Notes under the pieces: model-generated | What the model was told of the DNA's origin: nothing | Seen by the model: only the letters and a program-made list of their open reading frames with translations | Database searches by the model: none | Program-made: the position numbers and the translations under genes | In this document: one piece after another, positions 1 to 10,840 of the stretch | Position numbering within the stretch: the first letter of the stretch is position 1 | Layout of the letters: every line of letters starts with the position of its first letter | DNA from: Octopus bimaculoides | Taxonomy: Eukaryota | Reading direction: 5' to 3' | Assembly (NCBI RefSeq): GCF_001194135.2 | Contig: NC_069005.1 | Span: 8,316,090-8,354,188 of the forward strand | DNA: 38,099 nucleotides

Positions 1-150
1 TATGTATATGTATATATATATATAAATATTATGCAGATATATATGTATATATGTACATATATATTTATAGATATATGTATCTGTATTTGTGTGTGTGCAT
101 GCGCATGCACACACACACACACACATACATATCATGTGTATATATCTACT
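1..150. repeat. Compound (TA)n/(CA)n/(TG)n microsatellite tract; one example of dozens in the window
   Basis: Directly visible dinucleotide runs. Similar tracts lie at about 520-680, 820-872, 3195-3251 ((TAT)n), 6380-6580, 10780-10950, 15295-15360, 22020-22660, 25270-25315, 27205-27460, 29310-29415, 36320-36380 and 38030-38099. Confidence 0.98.
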
Positions 151-827
151 TACTTTACAAATTATTAAAAAAAATCAAGTGAGAGAGATAATAGAAAGAG
201 TAAGAGAAAAATAGAAGAACAAAAATGAAATAATTAGATAAAACATAAAATATATTTTAAGTAACTGAAATGGAATGGTGTTGAATCTCCCACCACCACA
301 CACCACAACAAAAAATAAATTTTAGTTCATTAATATTTTTATATTAATTTGGAAAAATTAAAGCAAAAGCAACAGAAAAAAAAATGTTGAAATTGTTATT
401 TATCTAGCTGTCCAATTTTCTTGTCAGTGTAACAAATGGAAAGCAAATTTGTTTTCAGAATAAATTTATTCATTAAAACAGCTTGTTGTATATAAGTTTA
501 AAGAGTTATTACATTGGATTATTATAACAACATATATATATATATACACACACATGCACACCCAGACATACATACATAGATATCTAACACTTGTCCACAC
601 AGGCCTGTGAGGTTTATATGTATATATGTTGATGTAAATATATATAGATGTATGTGTGTATATCTATCTATCTCTATATATGAAAGAAAATGGTATGACA
701 AAAGAATAAGCAATTATCTTATGAACTTCATTTGCCTTACAGCTGTTTCTGATATAGGATGCAGTGGACTTGTAGTTGAGTGCCTGAATAACACTTCATA
801 ACTTCACTGGAGTTTCAAACATATGAA

Positions 828-872
<45 letters not shown>

Positions 873-930
873 NNNNNNNNNNNNNNNNNNNNNNNNNNNN
901 NNNNNNNNNNNNNNNNNNNNNNNNNNNNNN

Positions 931-1247
931 CATGCTAGCATGGGTTGGACGATTTGACTGAGGACTGGTGAAACCGGATGGCAACACCAGGCTCCAATCT
1001 AATTTGGCAGAGTTTCTACAGCTGGATGCCCTTCCTAACGCCAACCACTCAGAGAGTGTAGTGGGTGCTTTTACATGTCACCTGCACGAAAACGGCCACG
1101 CTCGAAATGGTGTCTTTTATGTGCCACCCGCACAAGCCAGTCCAGGGGCACTGGCAACGATCTCACTCGAAAATCCTACGGGAGCCAGTCAGGCGGTACT
1201 GGCAATGGCCACGCTCAAAATGGTGCATCTCATGTGCCACCCGCACA
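931..1247 (-). mobile_element. Family C SINE-like retroposon with RTE-type 3' tail; young copy cut by the gap
   Basis: Plus strand reads CATGCTAGCATGGGTTGGACG...CTGGATGCCCTTCCTAACGCCAACC. The same motif recurs at about 9000, 10500, 29660 and 35200. CpGs are retained. An internal 41-bp unit GGCCACGCTC(G/A)AAATGGTG...GTGCCACCCGCACA is repeated at 1094-1134 and 1207-1247. Confidence 0.85.
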
Positions 1248-1271
1248 TATATAAATATTGTCGTAAGTTAA

Positions 1272-1498
1272 GGTGACAAGCTGGCAGAATCATTAACATG
1301 TTGGGCAAAATGCTTAGTGAGATTTCTTCTGCTTCTTTACCTTCTGGGTTTGAATTCTGCCAAGGTCGACTTTACCATTTATTTTTTTCGAATTGATGAA
1401 ATATGTACCAGCTGAGCACTGGGATAGATGTGATTGATTTATCCCCTCCACCAAAATTCTTAGCCTTGTGCTAATAATGGTTTGAAAACATTATTATT
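1272..1498 (+). mobile_element. Family B tRNA-derived SINE
   Basis: Head GGTGACAAGCTGGCAGAATC, B-box-like GGGTTTGAATTC, central AAGGTCGACTTT...GTACCAG and tail AGCCTTGTG...(ATT)n. Homologous to copies at 4305, 13261-14520, 28530 and 34850. Confidence 0.85.
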
Positions 1499-1540
1499 GC
1501 TAGTTGTGTGAATTTCTTTCTGTACATCAGTTTATATATA

Positions 1541-1763
1541 CAATTATTCTTCGCTATATTGCAGTTCACCTGTCACGGTTTATTATTTAAGCCTATGTCG
1601 ATTCCTCCGTGGTGTTGTTTTGCATTTATAATAAAATTAATATATACAGATTATAGAAATAATAAAAAAAAATATACAGTACAATACTGTTTCTACTTCA
1701 TGGATTTTCACCTATCATGGGGGGTTTGGGAACGTAACACCTGCAATAGTCAAGGGATTACTG
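1541..1763. mobile_element. Tigger/pogo-type (Tc1-mariner superfamily) MITE, CpG-decayed
   Basis: Left end TA|CAATTATTCTTCGCTATATTGCAGT. The right end reverse-complemented reads CAGTAATCCCTTGACTATTGCAGG. These form imperfect terminal inverted repeats resembling the CAGTAATCCCTCG ends I recall for Tigger-like elements. TA is present on the left and CA (decayed TA) on the right. No coding capacity. Confidence 0.7.
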
Positions 1764-1984
1764 CACTTCTATTCTTTTTCTAGTTTCAATGAATGGATTG
1801 AGGCTATATTTGGGCAATGAGATTGAATGTTTTTATCAATGATATAGACCCTTGTACTTGATATGGAATTCATTTTATCAATCTCTATTATGCGAATGGC
1901 TATGTCCCTTCACTTTACTGATTTAGATACTGACTGGTATTTTAGTCTAGTATATGCAAACAGATGTGCATACACATATATGTG

Positions 1985-2250
1985 GTATAGCTGTGTGGTT
2001 GGGAAGTTTGCTTTGCAACCATATGATTATTGGTTCCTTTGCACTGCATGAAAACTTGGGTAAATGTCTTCTATATAGATGTGTGTGAAACTTCTATACA
2101 ATCTTTTACTTGTGTGTATGATGGGCTTCTGTCTATAACAAGTTTCTCTCAGTTGTCATTGGTCCATCTTGGGTTGACTTATGGTGGAAGATACTTGGCC
2201 AAGATGCTGAGAAGTGAGATTGAACCTACAATATAGCTGTATAGCCATGT
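1985..2250. mobile_element. Two degraded family A SINE fragments in opposite orientation (about 1985-2075 +, about 2135-2250 -)
   Basis: TAGCTGTGTGGTTGGGAAGTTTGCTTTGCAACCAT...CTTGGGTAAATGTCTTCTA matches the family A head. GGAAGATACTTGGCCAAGATG...GATTGAACC matches its reverse complement. Confidence 0.6.
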
Positions 2251-3195
2251 GAAAGCACATACATTTTAACTAATTCTCATGGTCAAAGTATGAAAATAAC
2301 TGTGTATTTGTATAAGTATCCAATGAATTATTATCTTCCTTTTCATTATTATTTTTCTATTTTTCTTCTTAATGAAAAAGTTAAAAATAATTATAGTTAG
2401 AAATATTTAGAAGTGAATTTTATTAAGAAAAAAATTTCTTTTTGAAACTTTTTCATTTATCTTATTATCATTATCATTATTATTATTGTTGTTGTTATTT
2501 TCTGTATTATTGCTGTTGTTGATACGACAGAATTAATTTTTATTTTTATCTCATGTCATATAAACACAGCAGTAAATTTTAATGGTTCCAGATAGCTTCT
2601 TCCTAGAAAGAAAAGAAAATAAAAACCAAAATACGAATAATAAAAATTTCAATTTTCTGTTGAGTGAGCTATTTTTTTTCTTTTCTTTTTTTTTGTTATT
2701 TATTTATTTATTTTTTTAATATATTTTTAGAAATTATTCTCTATCACATACTTATATCAAGAATTTCCCTTTGAAAACAAAGAAATGACATTTTTTTTTA
2801 TAAATAAAAAGTTAAACTCCAATATATATATATATATATATATATANNNNNNNNNNNNNNNNNNNNNNNNNNNNNNNNNNNNNNNNNNNNNNNNNNNNNN
2901 NNNNNNNNNNNNNNNNNNNNNNNNNNNNNNNNNNNNNNNNNNNNNNNNNNNNNNNNNNNNNNNNNNNNNNNNNNNNNNNNNNNNNNNNNNNNNNNNNNNN
3001 NNNNNNNNNNNNNNNNNNNNNNNNNNNNNNNATATGTACATATATTATACAAACACATCCACACATATACATATGTATATATACTTTTCATCATCATTAA
3101 TCCTGTTCATTTATGTATATTCTAGTTTGTGTGTGTGTGTGTGTGTCTTTGATTCTACTGAAATCTGTCCAGCTTTTATCATTTTACATAAGCTT

Positions 3196-3253
<58 letters not shown>

Positions 3254-3714
3254 ATAAAACTCTAAAATAACAGCAACAAAATTTAACAACAAACACAACT
3301 ATACTGACAATAAGAACAATAAAAATTAACAATAACAATAAGAGAAATACGCATAAGATGATAACATTAGCAACAATACAAAATATTCCAAATTTTCTCC
3401 TTATCCTCTCCATCTTTCAATCTATCCAAGATTTGTCAAAAGTAAGAATTTTTTTCTTTTTCCTATTGTTAAATGTTTCTCTTTTCTTTCTTTCTTTCCT
3501 TTTGTCTCTTTCACTTTCAGATCATTCACAACTTTCTTGCATCCTTCTCTTGTCTATTTTTGATAAAAGAAACAATTTGAATTTACTTAGAAATGTTTCA
3601 GCTGATGGCAAATTAGTAAAGTCGTTATAGTGTAGGATAGATGAAGGAGACGTAAAGCCTTGTGTTATCTTTTCCAGTTTTGTGCACTCTGAATTCAATA
3701 TCTACTGAAATTGT

Positions 3715-3935
3715 CATCAATTTCATGTCCACTTTTCCATGCTTGCATGGGTCAGATGGAATTCATTGAGGGGCATTTTTCTATAGCTGGATACCCTTAC
3801 TGTTGCAAACACTTAACTGCACCTAAGTAAGGTAATATTTCTCCATGACCAGACATGTTTCCATGAAGATTGGGAATGAAGGGTTCCACTTGCATAACAG
3901 ACATTCATTAAAACTATCATGTGATGTCAAGTCAA
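3715..3935 (-). mobile_element. Family D 3' module (RTE-type tail SINE)
   Basis: TTTTCCATGCTTGCATGGGTCAGATGGAATT...CTGGATACCCTTACTGTTGC...GTAATATTTCTCCATGACCAGACATGTTT. Homologous to 16745-16915, 19200-19480, 20925-21240 and 28288-28470. Confidence 0.8.
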
Positions 3936-4107
3936 GCTGTATTGGCCTTTGCTTTTCCCTTGGATAACATCAGTGGTGTGCAGAGTGGAGGCTGGTATGC
4001 ATGGGTGACTGCTGGTCTTCCACAAACAACCTTGCCCGAACTTGTGCCTCGGAGGGTTACTTTCTAGGTGCAATCCCATGGTGACTCATGACCGAAGGGG
4101 GTCTCCT
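3930..4107 (+). mobile_element. Interspersed repeat segment, probably a SINE 3' module; CpG-retaining
   Basis: CAAGCTGTATTGGCC...GCATGGGTGACTGCTGGTCTTCC...CAATCCCATGG...ATGACCGAAGGGGGTC. A GC-rich island recognised from memory as an abundant octopus repeat; single copy in this window. Confidence 0.55.
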
Positions 4108-4304
4108 CCTAAAGGGTTAAAATGAGACTGAGGTAGAAGACATTTGACCAATGTGGTGACCTGTGGAATCAAACCAGAGGTCAAAGTTATGAAACCATGA
4201 CTGTTGGATATTTCATAAGCCTTTACACATTCACATGTCTTCCAAATTTCATTCATGAGAGAGTGTCCCGGAATAATCTCAGTTCAGTGACTGAAACAAT
4301 GATT

Positions 4305-4512
4305 TCAAATTTTGACACAAGGCCAGCAATTTCAGAGGAAGTGGGTAAGTTGATTACGTCGACCCTAGTGTTCAACTGGTACTTATTTTGTTGACCCCAA
4401 AAGGATGAAAGGCAAAGCTGACCTTGGCGAAATTTGAATTTAGAACATGAAGACGGACAAAATGCTTAAGCATTTTGTCCAGCATGATAACGGTTTTGCC
4501 TGCTTACTGCCA
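4305..4512 (-). mobile_element. Family B SINE
   Basis: CTGGTACTTATTTTGTTGACCCCAAAAGGATGAAAGGCAAAGCTGACCTTGGCGAAATTTGAA is the reverse complement of the family B core. Confidence 0.85.
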
Positions 4513-5154
4513 ACTGAAACAATAATGTGTGTGTGTGTTTGTGTTGGAGTAGGTCTGTAGAAGAAAAAGTAAAGATAGTCAAATCAGGATGAAGTGAAGA
4601 ACTTAATCCTAATGAAAGATTTGGATGATAGTCAGAAAAACTTGAATAATTAGATTTGTTGTCTTAAATGTAGAGATGGTTTGAATCCAGAACTATTTGT
4701 TATTTGTAATGCTATATTCTGTAAACACACATATGTGAAAAAGAATACAAACTCACACAAATGCACACATATATATACAAGTGCACACGCACATGTGCAT
4801 ACAGGCAAGTGCACACAGTGTCTTGATAAATGTATAAATACATCTGATAATAAACCTTTTGTTAACATATATGTGTATCCTGCAGGCAATGTTACAATGT
4901 CCATCCTCCTTCTCGTCGTCCTTCTCTGCCAGAGGAGGATAGATGTGAGCAGTGTTCCATGTTGATAGGTCACTGTGGCTAATTAATTTACATTTGCTTA
5001 TTTAGGTGGTCAAAAGTTGTCATGTCATTTTCTTGTAGAAGTTAGTATATCTGTACGGTTTATAGCAGATACAGTGTTTGAATACAAGTGATGTTACACC
5101 TTTGTTCTGTCTCTTATATTGCATGTATATACATACATATATATATATATATAT

Positions 5155-5392
5155 GTTAATTCTCTAAATGAAGTATTAACAGTAACTGCACGATAAAGTG
5201 TAGTATATTGCCACTTAAGTGTGGCTGACCCCTAGGGGTGGATGTTACTGTTGCTTTTAGCCCCAGGAGGACATCTCCTCCAGCTGGCTTATCGACGAAG
5301 GGAAATAACCCTGAAATCCGGATATGTTCGTGCTGCTGGTCGAGGTGAGAGGGATAACTCCCTTGGCAAACAGGACACAGTCGTGTGTCGAT
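5155..5392 (+). mobile_element. Young CpG-rich repeat between (TA)n tracts; putative Penelope-like element terminal region carrying a hammerhead-like motif
   Basis: Abrupt GC and CpG rise after a (TA)n run. Several perfect mini-hairpins or palindromes: ACCCCTAGGGGT, GGAGGA-catc-TCCTCC, AGGGA-taac-TCCCT, GACACA-gtcg-TGTGTC. Contains the motif TCGACGA-AGGG-aaataa-CCCT-GAAA-TCCGGA-TA. Truncated by the gap. The Penelope assignment is inference. Confidence 0.45.
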
Positions 5393-5794
5393 NNNNNNNN
5401 NNNNNNNNNNNNNNNNNNNNNNNNNNNNNNNNNNNNNNNNNNNNNNNNNNNNNNNNNNNNNNNNNNNNNNNNNNNNNNNNNNNNNNNNNNNNNNNNNNNN
5501 NNNNNNNNNNNNNNNNNNNNNNNNNNNNNNNNNNNNNNNNNNNNNNNNNNNNNNNNNNNNNNNNNNNNNNNNNNNNNNNNNNNNNNNNNNNNNNNNNNNN
5601 NNNNNNNNNNNNNNNNNNNNNNNNNNNNNNNNNNNNNNNNNNNNNNNNNNNNNNNNNNNNNNNNNNNNNNNNNNNNNNNNNNNNNNNNNNNNNNNNNNNN
5701 NNNNNNNNNNNNNNNNNNNNNNNNNNNNNNNNNNNNNNNNNNNNNNNNNNNNNNNNNNNNNNNNNNNNNNNNNNNNNNNNNNNNNNNNNNNNNN

Positions 5795-5829
<35 letters not shown>

Positions 5830-7164
5830 ATGATAAAGAGCCTAATTGTGAATGTAACAAGAGACGCTTACAATGAGCCCAGGACATATACTGAGCTGTA
5901 CGAAGAGATGATGCGTCATAAACAACAAATAACTTTGATTAAATTCTTCACTCCTCAAGCTGATATTTATAGCAATCAACTATAAGGTACTAAATGTTGT
6001 CCCTCATCCTCCTAGTAATGCTCATTTCACCACCACCCTTCACACAGTAGTCAACATCTTTTGTGTTAAGAATGTACTCTTAGAATATTATGATTCTTAT
6101 TAATTTCCTAGCATATTCCTCTTGAAATGTTTTTGTGCTTTTATGTATTTATACTATACCATGTATGTTTAGAAATAGTTATTCTCATGCATAAAGGTGA
6201 TCATGTTGTTTGTTCTCTTTTCTTTTCTTGTGCTTCTTTTTCTTTTTCTTTTTCTGAGAAAGTCTGTAGGAATGCAATCTCACTTGGTAATATAAAAATC
6301 ATTCGAAGATTAATTTTGCATTACGGAATTTCGCATTATGGCCAGATTTTCAGGAATACATTACTTCTGTAAAGCAAGGGATTCCACTGTGTGTGTACAT
6401 ATATATATATATATATAGANNNNNNNNNNNNNTTATATATATATATATATATATAAACATATGCATGCATATACATATGTATGTGTGTATATTGATATAT
6501 AAATAAATATATATATACAGGTATATGTGCACACACAAACACACACACACATTCACACATGTGTCTATGCATGCAGCTGCAGACACATATTCTTTTGGAA
6601 ATCACATGAAATAATCTAGAAATCAATGGAACACAATGCTATATTGTGAGATCAAAGCAATGCACCAGCAGGTGGTTATATTAATATGAAAAAAACAACT
6701 GTTTACTGTAGACCATAATTTATGTAGTGCATCTTGATAAACGTACAATTTTGTTTGATAATAAACATTTTGATGATAAATATATGTATACAATACTTAC
6801 ATACTTTCCAAGTGATTCAGAAGTCCCTTTAGCATTTAAATAATACATAAATTTTTTTTATTACCATTTTATTAGTTTTGTTTTTATATATTTAATATTA
6901 TCTTTGCTATATTTTTAATATCTTTTGATATATCATTATTGCCATCATATATATATATATATACATATATATAGCGAGAGAGAGAGAGGAGGGAGAGGAT
7001 GTTCATTATTCTGAAATGGTCATAATGTAATACTAATCCTGTCCATTTATATTTGGGCATATGTAGTTCAAGTGCCCAGGTTGGTCTGGGTGGGTGGTCA
7101 GTATTGTGAATACCAGGCAAAAGGCCAGCTGTTATGCTATCCTTGAGCTATGGCAGTCAACATA

Positions 7165-7209
<45 letters not shown>

Positions 7210-7436
7210 GTGGTCAGGTNNNNNNNNNNTGTGTGTGTGTGTGTGTGTGCGTGTGTGGTCAGGTGGAGGGGTAATGAAGGCATTGTGGAGGTGGATGAAA
7301 TCTGTGGTAAGTTGTAAAGTGCAGAGAGAGAAAAGATGATACAAACAAGATGTAGCTCAACTGTCTTGGTTGTTAAACAGTTTATTTTAATGTTAAAGTG
7401 GCTTTTGAGTCAATCTGTATATATGTCTGTATACTT

Positions 7437-7850
7437 CCATCCATCCATCCATCCATCCACCTTCTCTGCCTTCTTCTTTGGAGGGTTCTGCAGCAGGCAC
7501 CTCCTTTAGGGTATCCTACCAGAAGTAACCATCACTTTCTGGTTGGTTTCTAAACTGTGAGCAACAGAGACTGGATATTATGCAATGAGCTTATCCTTGA
7601 GCTACCCCTAGGTCTCCTGCCAGTTGGCTCAGCTTGAAGAATCTGTCTTGCAATTCTTTCCTATGATATTCTAATCACTTGTCCATAGCAGTGGAGCTGT
7701 GACAGCTCAATGCAGAGAAGTAGTGGCTTAACCTGGAGAGACTTTCTCATCTCTGGGATACACACCCTGTTGAGTAACATTACTTCAGAGGAACCCCATT
7801 TTAGCCACTTCCATTTGTGATCATACTCTTTTGATAAAATATCCATCAGT
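7437..7850 (-). mobile_element. 5'-truncated, degenerate RTE-clade LINE (Rex3/Expander-like), ORF2 3' end with (TGGA)n tail
   Basis: Manual minus-strand translation gives KRV*SQMEVAKMGFL* and, after a frameshift, LQVKPLLLCIELSQLHCYGQVIRIS*ERIARQILQAEPTGRRPRG. This resembles the RTE C-terminal pattern AAEMGFLRR...VEPLLLxIERSQLRWxGHxxRM...PTGRRPRGRPR. The (CCAT)n at 7437-7460 is the 3' tail. Confidence 0.8.
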
Positions 7851-8744
7851 CCTAACTGTAGATAGGAAAAGGCATGCGAACTGGATTGAAGATAGTGAGT
7901 TTGGCTTTTTTACCAACCTATCCTCCTTTGAGGGTATACATACATATATGAGAAAAGGTACATCTATGGACCACTGATAAGGAGTTTACAAATCCAGTAC
8001 CCAAGATACGCTTTCAGCTTCATACCTATTATTGGAGCAACAGGATATATACCAATCTGTCTGGAGCAAAGTATGGCTGAACTTGGGATCTTGGGGATAG
8101 AAAGCAAATCCTTAATTCATATGCTATAAATGATCATGATATTTGACACTATAAAAATCTGCAAGACTTTAATATTTAAAGAATGCTTGTTAAGCGATGA
8201 TACTTTGCTTCACAAGCTTGCTACCAAGTAGGTGGCTGGTCAAAATTTACTCTAAAATTAAAAAGAGAAAGAGAACATACATACATATGACCTGATGCAT
8301 GTAGCATTCAAAATAAAAAGCTAATACCACTGAATATTGATTTAGTGAAGTAAATGTTGATCTAGTGATACAAACATTATTTCTGCTCTGTTACATAGGC
8401 ATGACAATAAAAGAATTAATGTCAGTGTGATATTTAAACAACCATGTGACCTGAACTAACCAATGGGGCCTAAAAACTCTCACCAAGAAACCATTTTAAT
8501 TTCTTTTTAAAATTGTCTTTAATGATTTATACATGTTCTATGCCCATGAAACTTTATGTGGAGCTGAGTCAAACTGTTATTAAATATGTAACACTCCAAC
8601 CAAATGTATTGAGAGCTACTTTGTTTTGTTTATTCACTCACTCATATTACTGCCTCAACCCCTAAGAAAATCCACCAAATAAAGGAAGAATAAGTGGTTG
8701 AATATGTTGAGACAACTATTTCTATATTCTTTGTGGAAACTGAT

Positions 8745-8955
8745 CCAGGTCATTGGTCTGGTTGTTGCTGGTGTTGCTTTGCCCAGGTTAACCCTGTTAG
8801 AGTAAGCCTATGACCAAAGACATTCCAGCCACGACCATCCCATCTCTTTAGAAATAAGTTTAGGGCTACTTTATCCAATGTGTCCTTTCCTCATGTAGGA
8901 TGGCAAGATGTGATTTGAGGAAGATTTAGGTGGTATTTCTAGCAGGTCATGATGT
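8745..8955. mobile_element. Family F interspersed repeat, class unresolved
   Basis: Core (T)GTGATTTGAGG(G)AGATTT..(G)CT..TATTTCTAGCAGGT. It recurs at about 15030-15110 (inverted), 15790-15905, 18000-18180, 21445-21500, 34440-34715 and 35055-35150. Confidence 0.75.
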
Positions 8956-8999
8956 ACTTATTTTGCCATTGCAAAATAGCATAAATGGAAAATACATTA

Positions 9000-9345
9000 T
9001 CATGATGTAATACCTGTTTTCCATGCTGACATGAATTGGATGGTTCAACAGGAACCAGCAAGCCAGAAGATTGTACTAAGCCTCAATGTCTGCTTTGGTA
9101 TGGTTTCTAATACGGGGGTGCTCTTCGCGAAGCTAATCCCTCTGTACTGAGTTCTTTTTATGTGACACCAGCACTAGTGAGGTCATCTACTAGCTTGCAA
9201 GATAAGACCCACAATTGAAGGAGGGGATTTTATTCCAGGTGATGATATAGGGACAAGAACTGATGTTTTGTTGTAGAGAAGATACTTGGCTACCCCCAAT
9301 CAGAAAAGAGAGATGATGATGATGTGTTGGGGCATACCTTCAAGT
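9000..9345 (-). mobile_element. Family C variant with long purine-rich body, degraded
   Basis: CCTGTTTTCCATGCTGACATGAATTGGATGG...GCACTAGTGAGGTCATCTACTAGCTTGCAAGATAAGACCC...GTAGAGAAGATACTTGGCTAC. Collinear with 35160-35520 and 10485-10770. Confidence 0.75.
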
Positions 9346-10188
9346 GACATAAAAAATACAAAAAAAAAATCTATAGAATTATAAAAAAAAAACACTTAAA
9401 AAAAAAAGTGGGAGTGGGAAAAAACTAGGAGATAGAAGTAAAAAATGGAAAACTGAAAATTATTAAATTGACGGAACTGGTTATTAATCATCTACCTTTG
9501 ACAGAATCCAGCTGTGTGTATTTGAATGTTATTTTATTTGAATGTTATTTTGCTTCAGTAATGACAGTGTTTGTTCAACATTATGTATTAAATCATTTTA
9601 ATTATTATTCAGATTTTTATTTATTATTTTTTTTGTGAGGGGGCCATATTTTCAAAATAAAATTATGTAATTAAATGAAATTCCTAATAATTTCAGTTTT
9701 AAATACGATTATAATTCTAGATACTGTCATTTAATGTGTTTGGTGATATTTACGAGAAATCTGAGACCAGAGAGCAAATAGCATGGTGCCACTATTACCA
9801 TTTTTTTTTTCTGGGGTTGATTTAATCATCAATAATCTTCCACAGCTCTTGAATTTGTAGCCTTGTACCAAAGTTTAATAATCAATAAAATTATGAGAGT
9901 ATCACGTTATTATTGATTTGGGAAAAGTGTTTATGAAAGATTTTTTTTTTTACACTTAAAAAATTGAATCTTGAAAGGTCTAATTAATCACATTCTTAAT
10001 TCATTTAAATTATTCAAACTTTGAAAGTTTAATGATATTTAATGATAAAACTACAATTTATCTGTCTGTTTGTCAAAAAGAGGAAACATAGAATTTGTTC
10101 AAAGTGCGATGATGTCTCAGATCTTAATTTAGTTGAGTAGTTTCTTGACAGTTTAATTCTTTCAGTTATATAATTGTTTATTTTCTAT

Positions 10189-10402
10189 ATGACATTGTAT
10201 ATACAGTTAAGTTATATCATCACTGTTTAAAGCCTATTTTCCGTGCTAGATATCCTGGGTGCTTTTTATGTGGCACTGACACTAGTGAGGTTACCAAGCA
10301 ACTTGCAAGATAAGACCCCTAGTTGAGGAGGTGGGGTATAATATGGAGGGAGTTTGCTTTACGCCAGATGAGGAAAAGGTTAAAGTATGATAGGACAGCG
10401 CC

Positions 10403-10441
<39 letters not shown>

Positions 10442-10770
10442 ATTTCAGCAGATCTAAATGACATTGTGTATACAGTTAAGTTATACCATCACTGTTTAAA
10501 ATCTGTTTTCCATGCTGGCATGGGTTGAATGGTTTGGCAGGAACTGATGAGCCAAAGGATTGTGTCAAGCATCAATGTCTGCTTTCAGATAGTTTCTATG
10601 GCTGGATGCCTTTCCTAATGCCAAGAACTTTACAGTGTACTGGATGCCTTTTTATGTGGCGCTGGTACTAATGACATCACCAAATAACTTGTTAGACAAT
10701 AGAGAGGGTGGGTTGTTATATTAAGAGAGGTGGCTTTATGCTAGGCAATGAAAGGTTAAAGTATTATTGA
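10189..10770 (-). mobile_element. Two tandem family C variant copies (about 10215-10410, internally deleted, and about 10485-10770) sharing a duplicated flank
   Basis: ATGACATTGT(A/G)TATACAGTTAAGTTATA(T/C)CATCACTGTTTAAA occurs at 10189 and 10458. Each copy is followed by TTTTCC(G/A)TGCT and family C body sequence. Confidence 0.75.
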
Positions 10771-10779
10771 CCAGAAATA

Positions 10780-10840
<61 letters not shown>

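Noticed and set aside
968-1276. 102-aa ORF MKPDGNTRLQSNL…
   Set aside because: It lies entirely within a family C SINE and has no recognisable domain.
7190-7265. Direct repeat TGTGTGCGTGTGTGGTCAGGT on both sides of a 10-N gap
   Set aside because: Typical unmerged contig overlap, so most likely an assembly artefact.
7137-7604. 13-bp direct repeat TATCCTTGAGCTA (about 7137 and 7592) as a possible TSD
   Set aside because: The second copy lies inside the LINE coding remnant rather than at its boundary, so it cannot be that element's TSD. Treated as chance.
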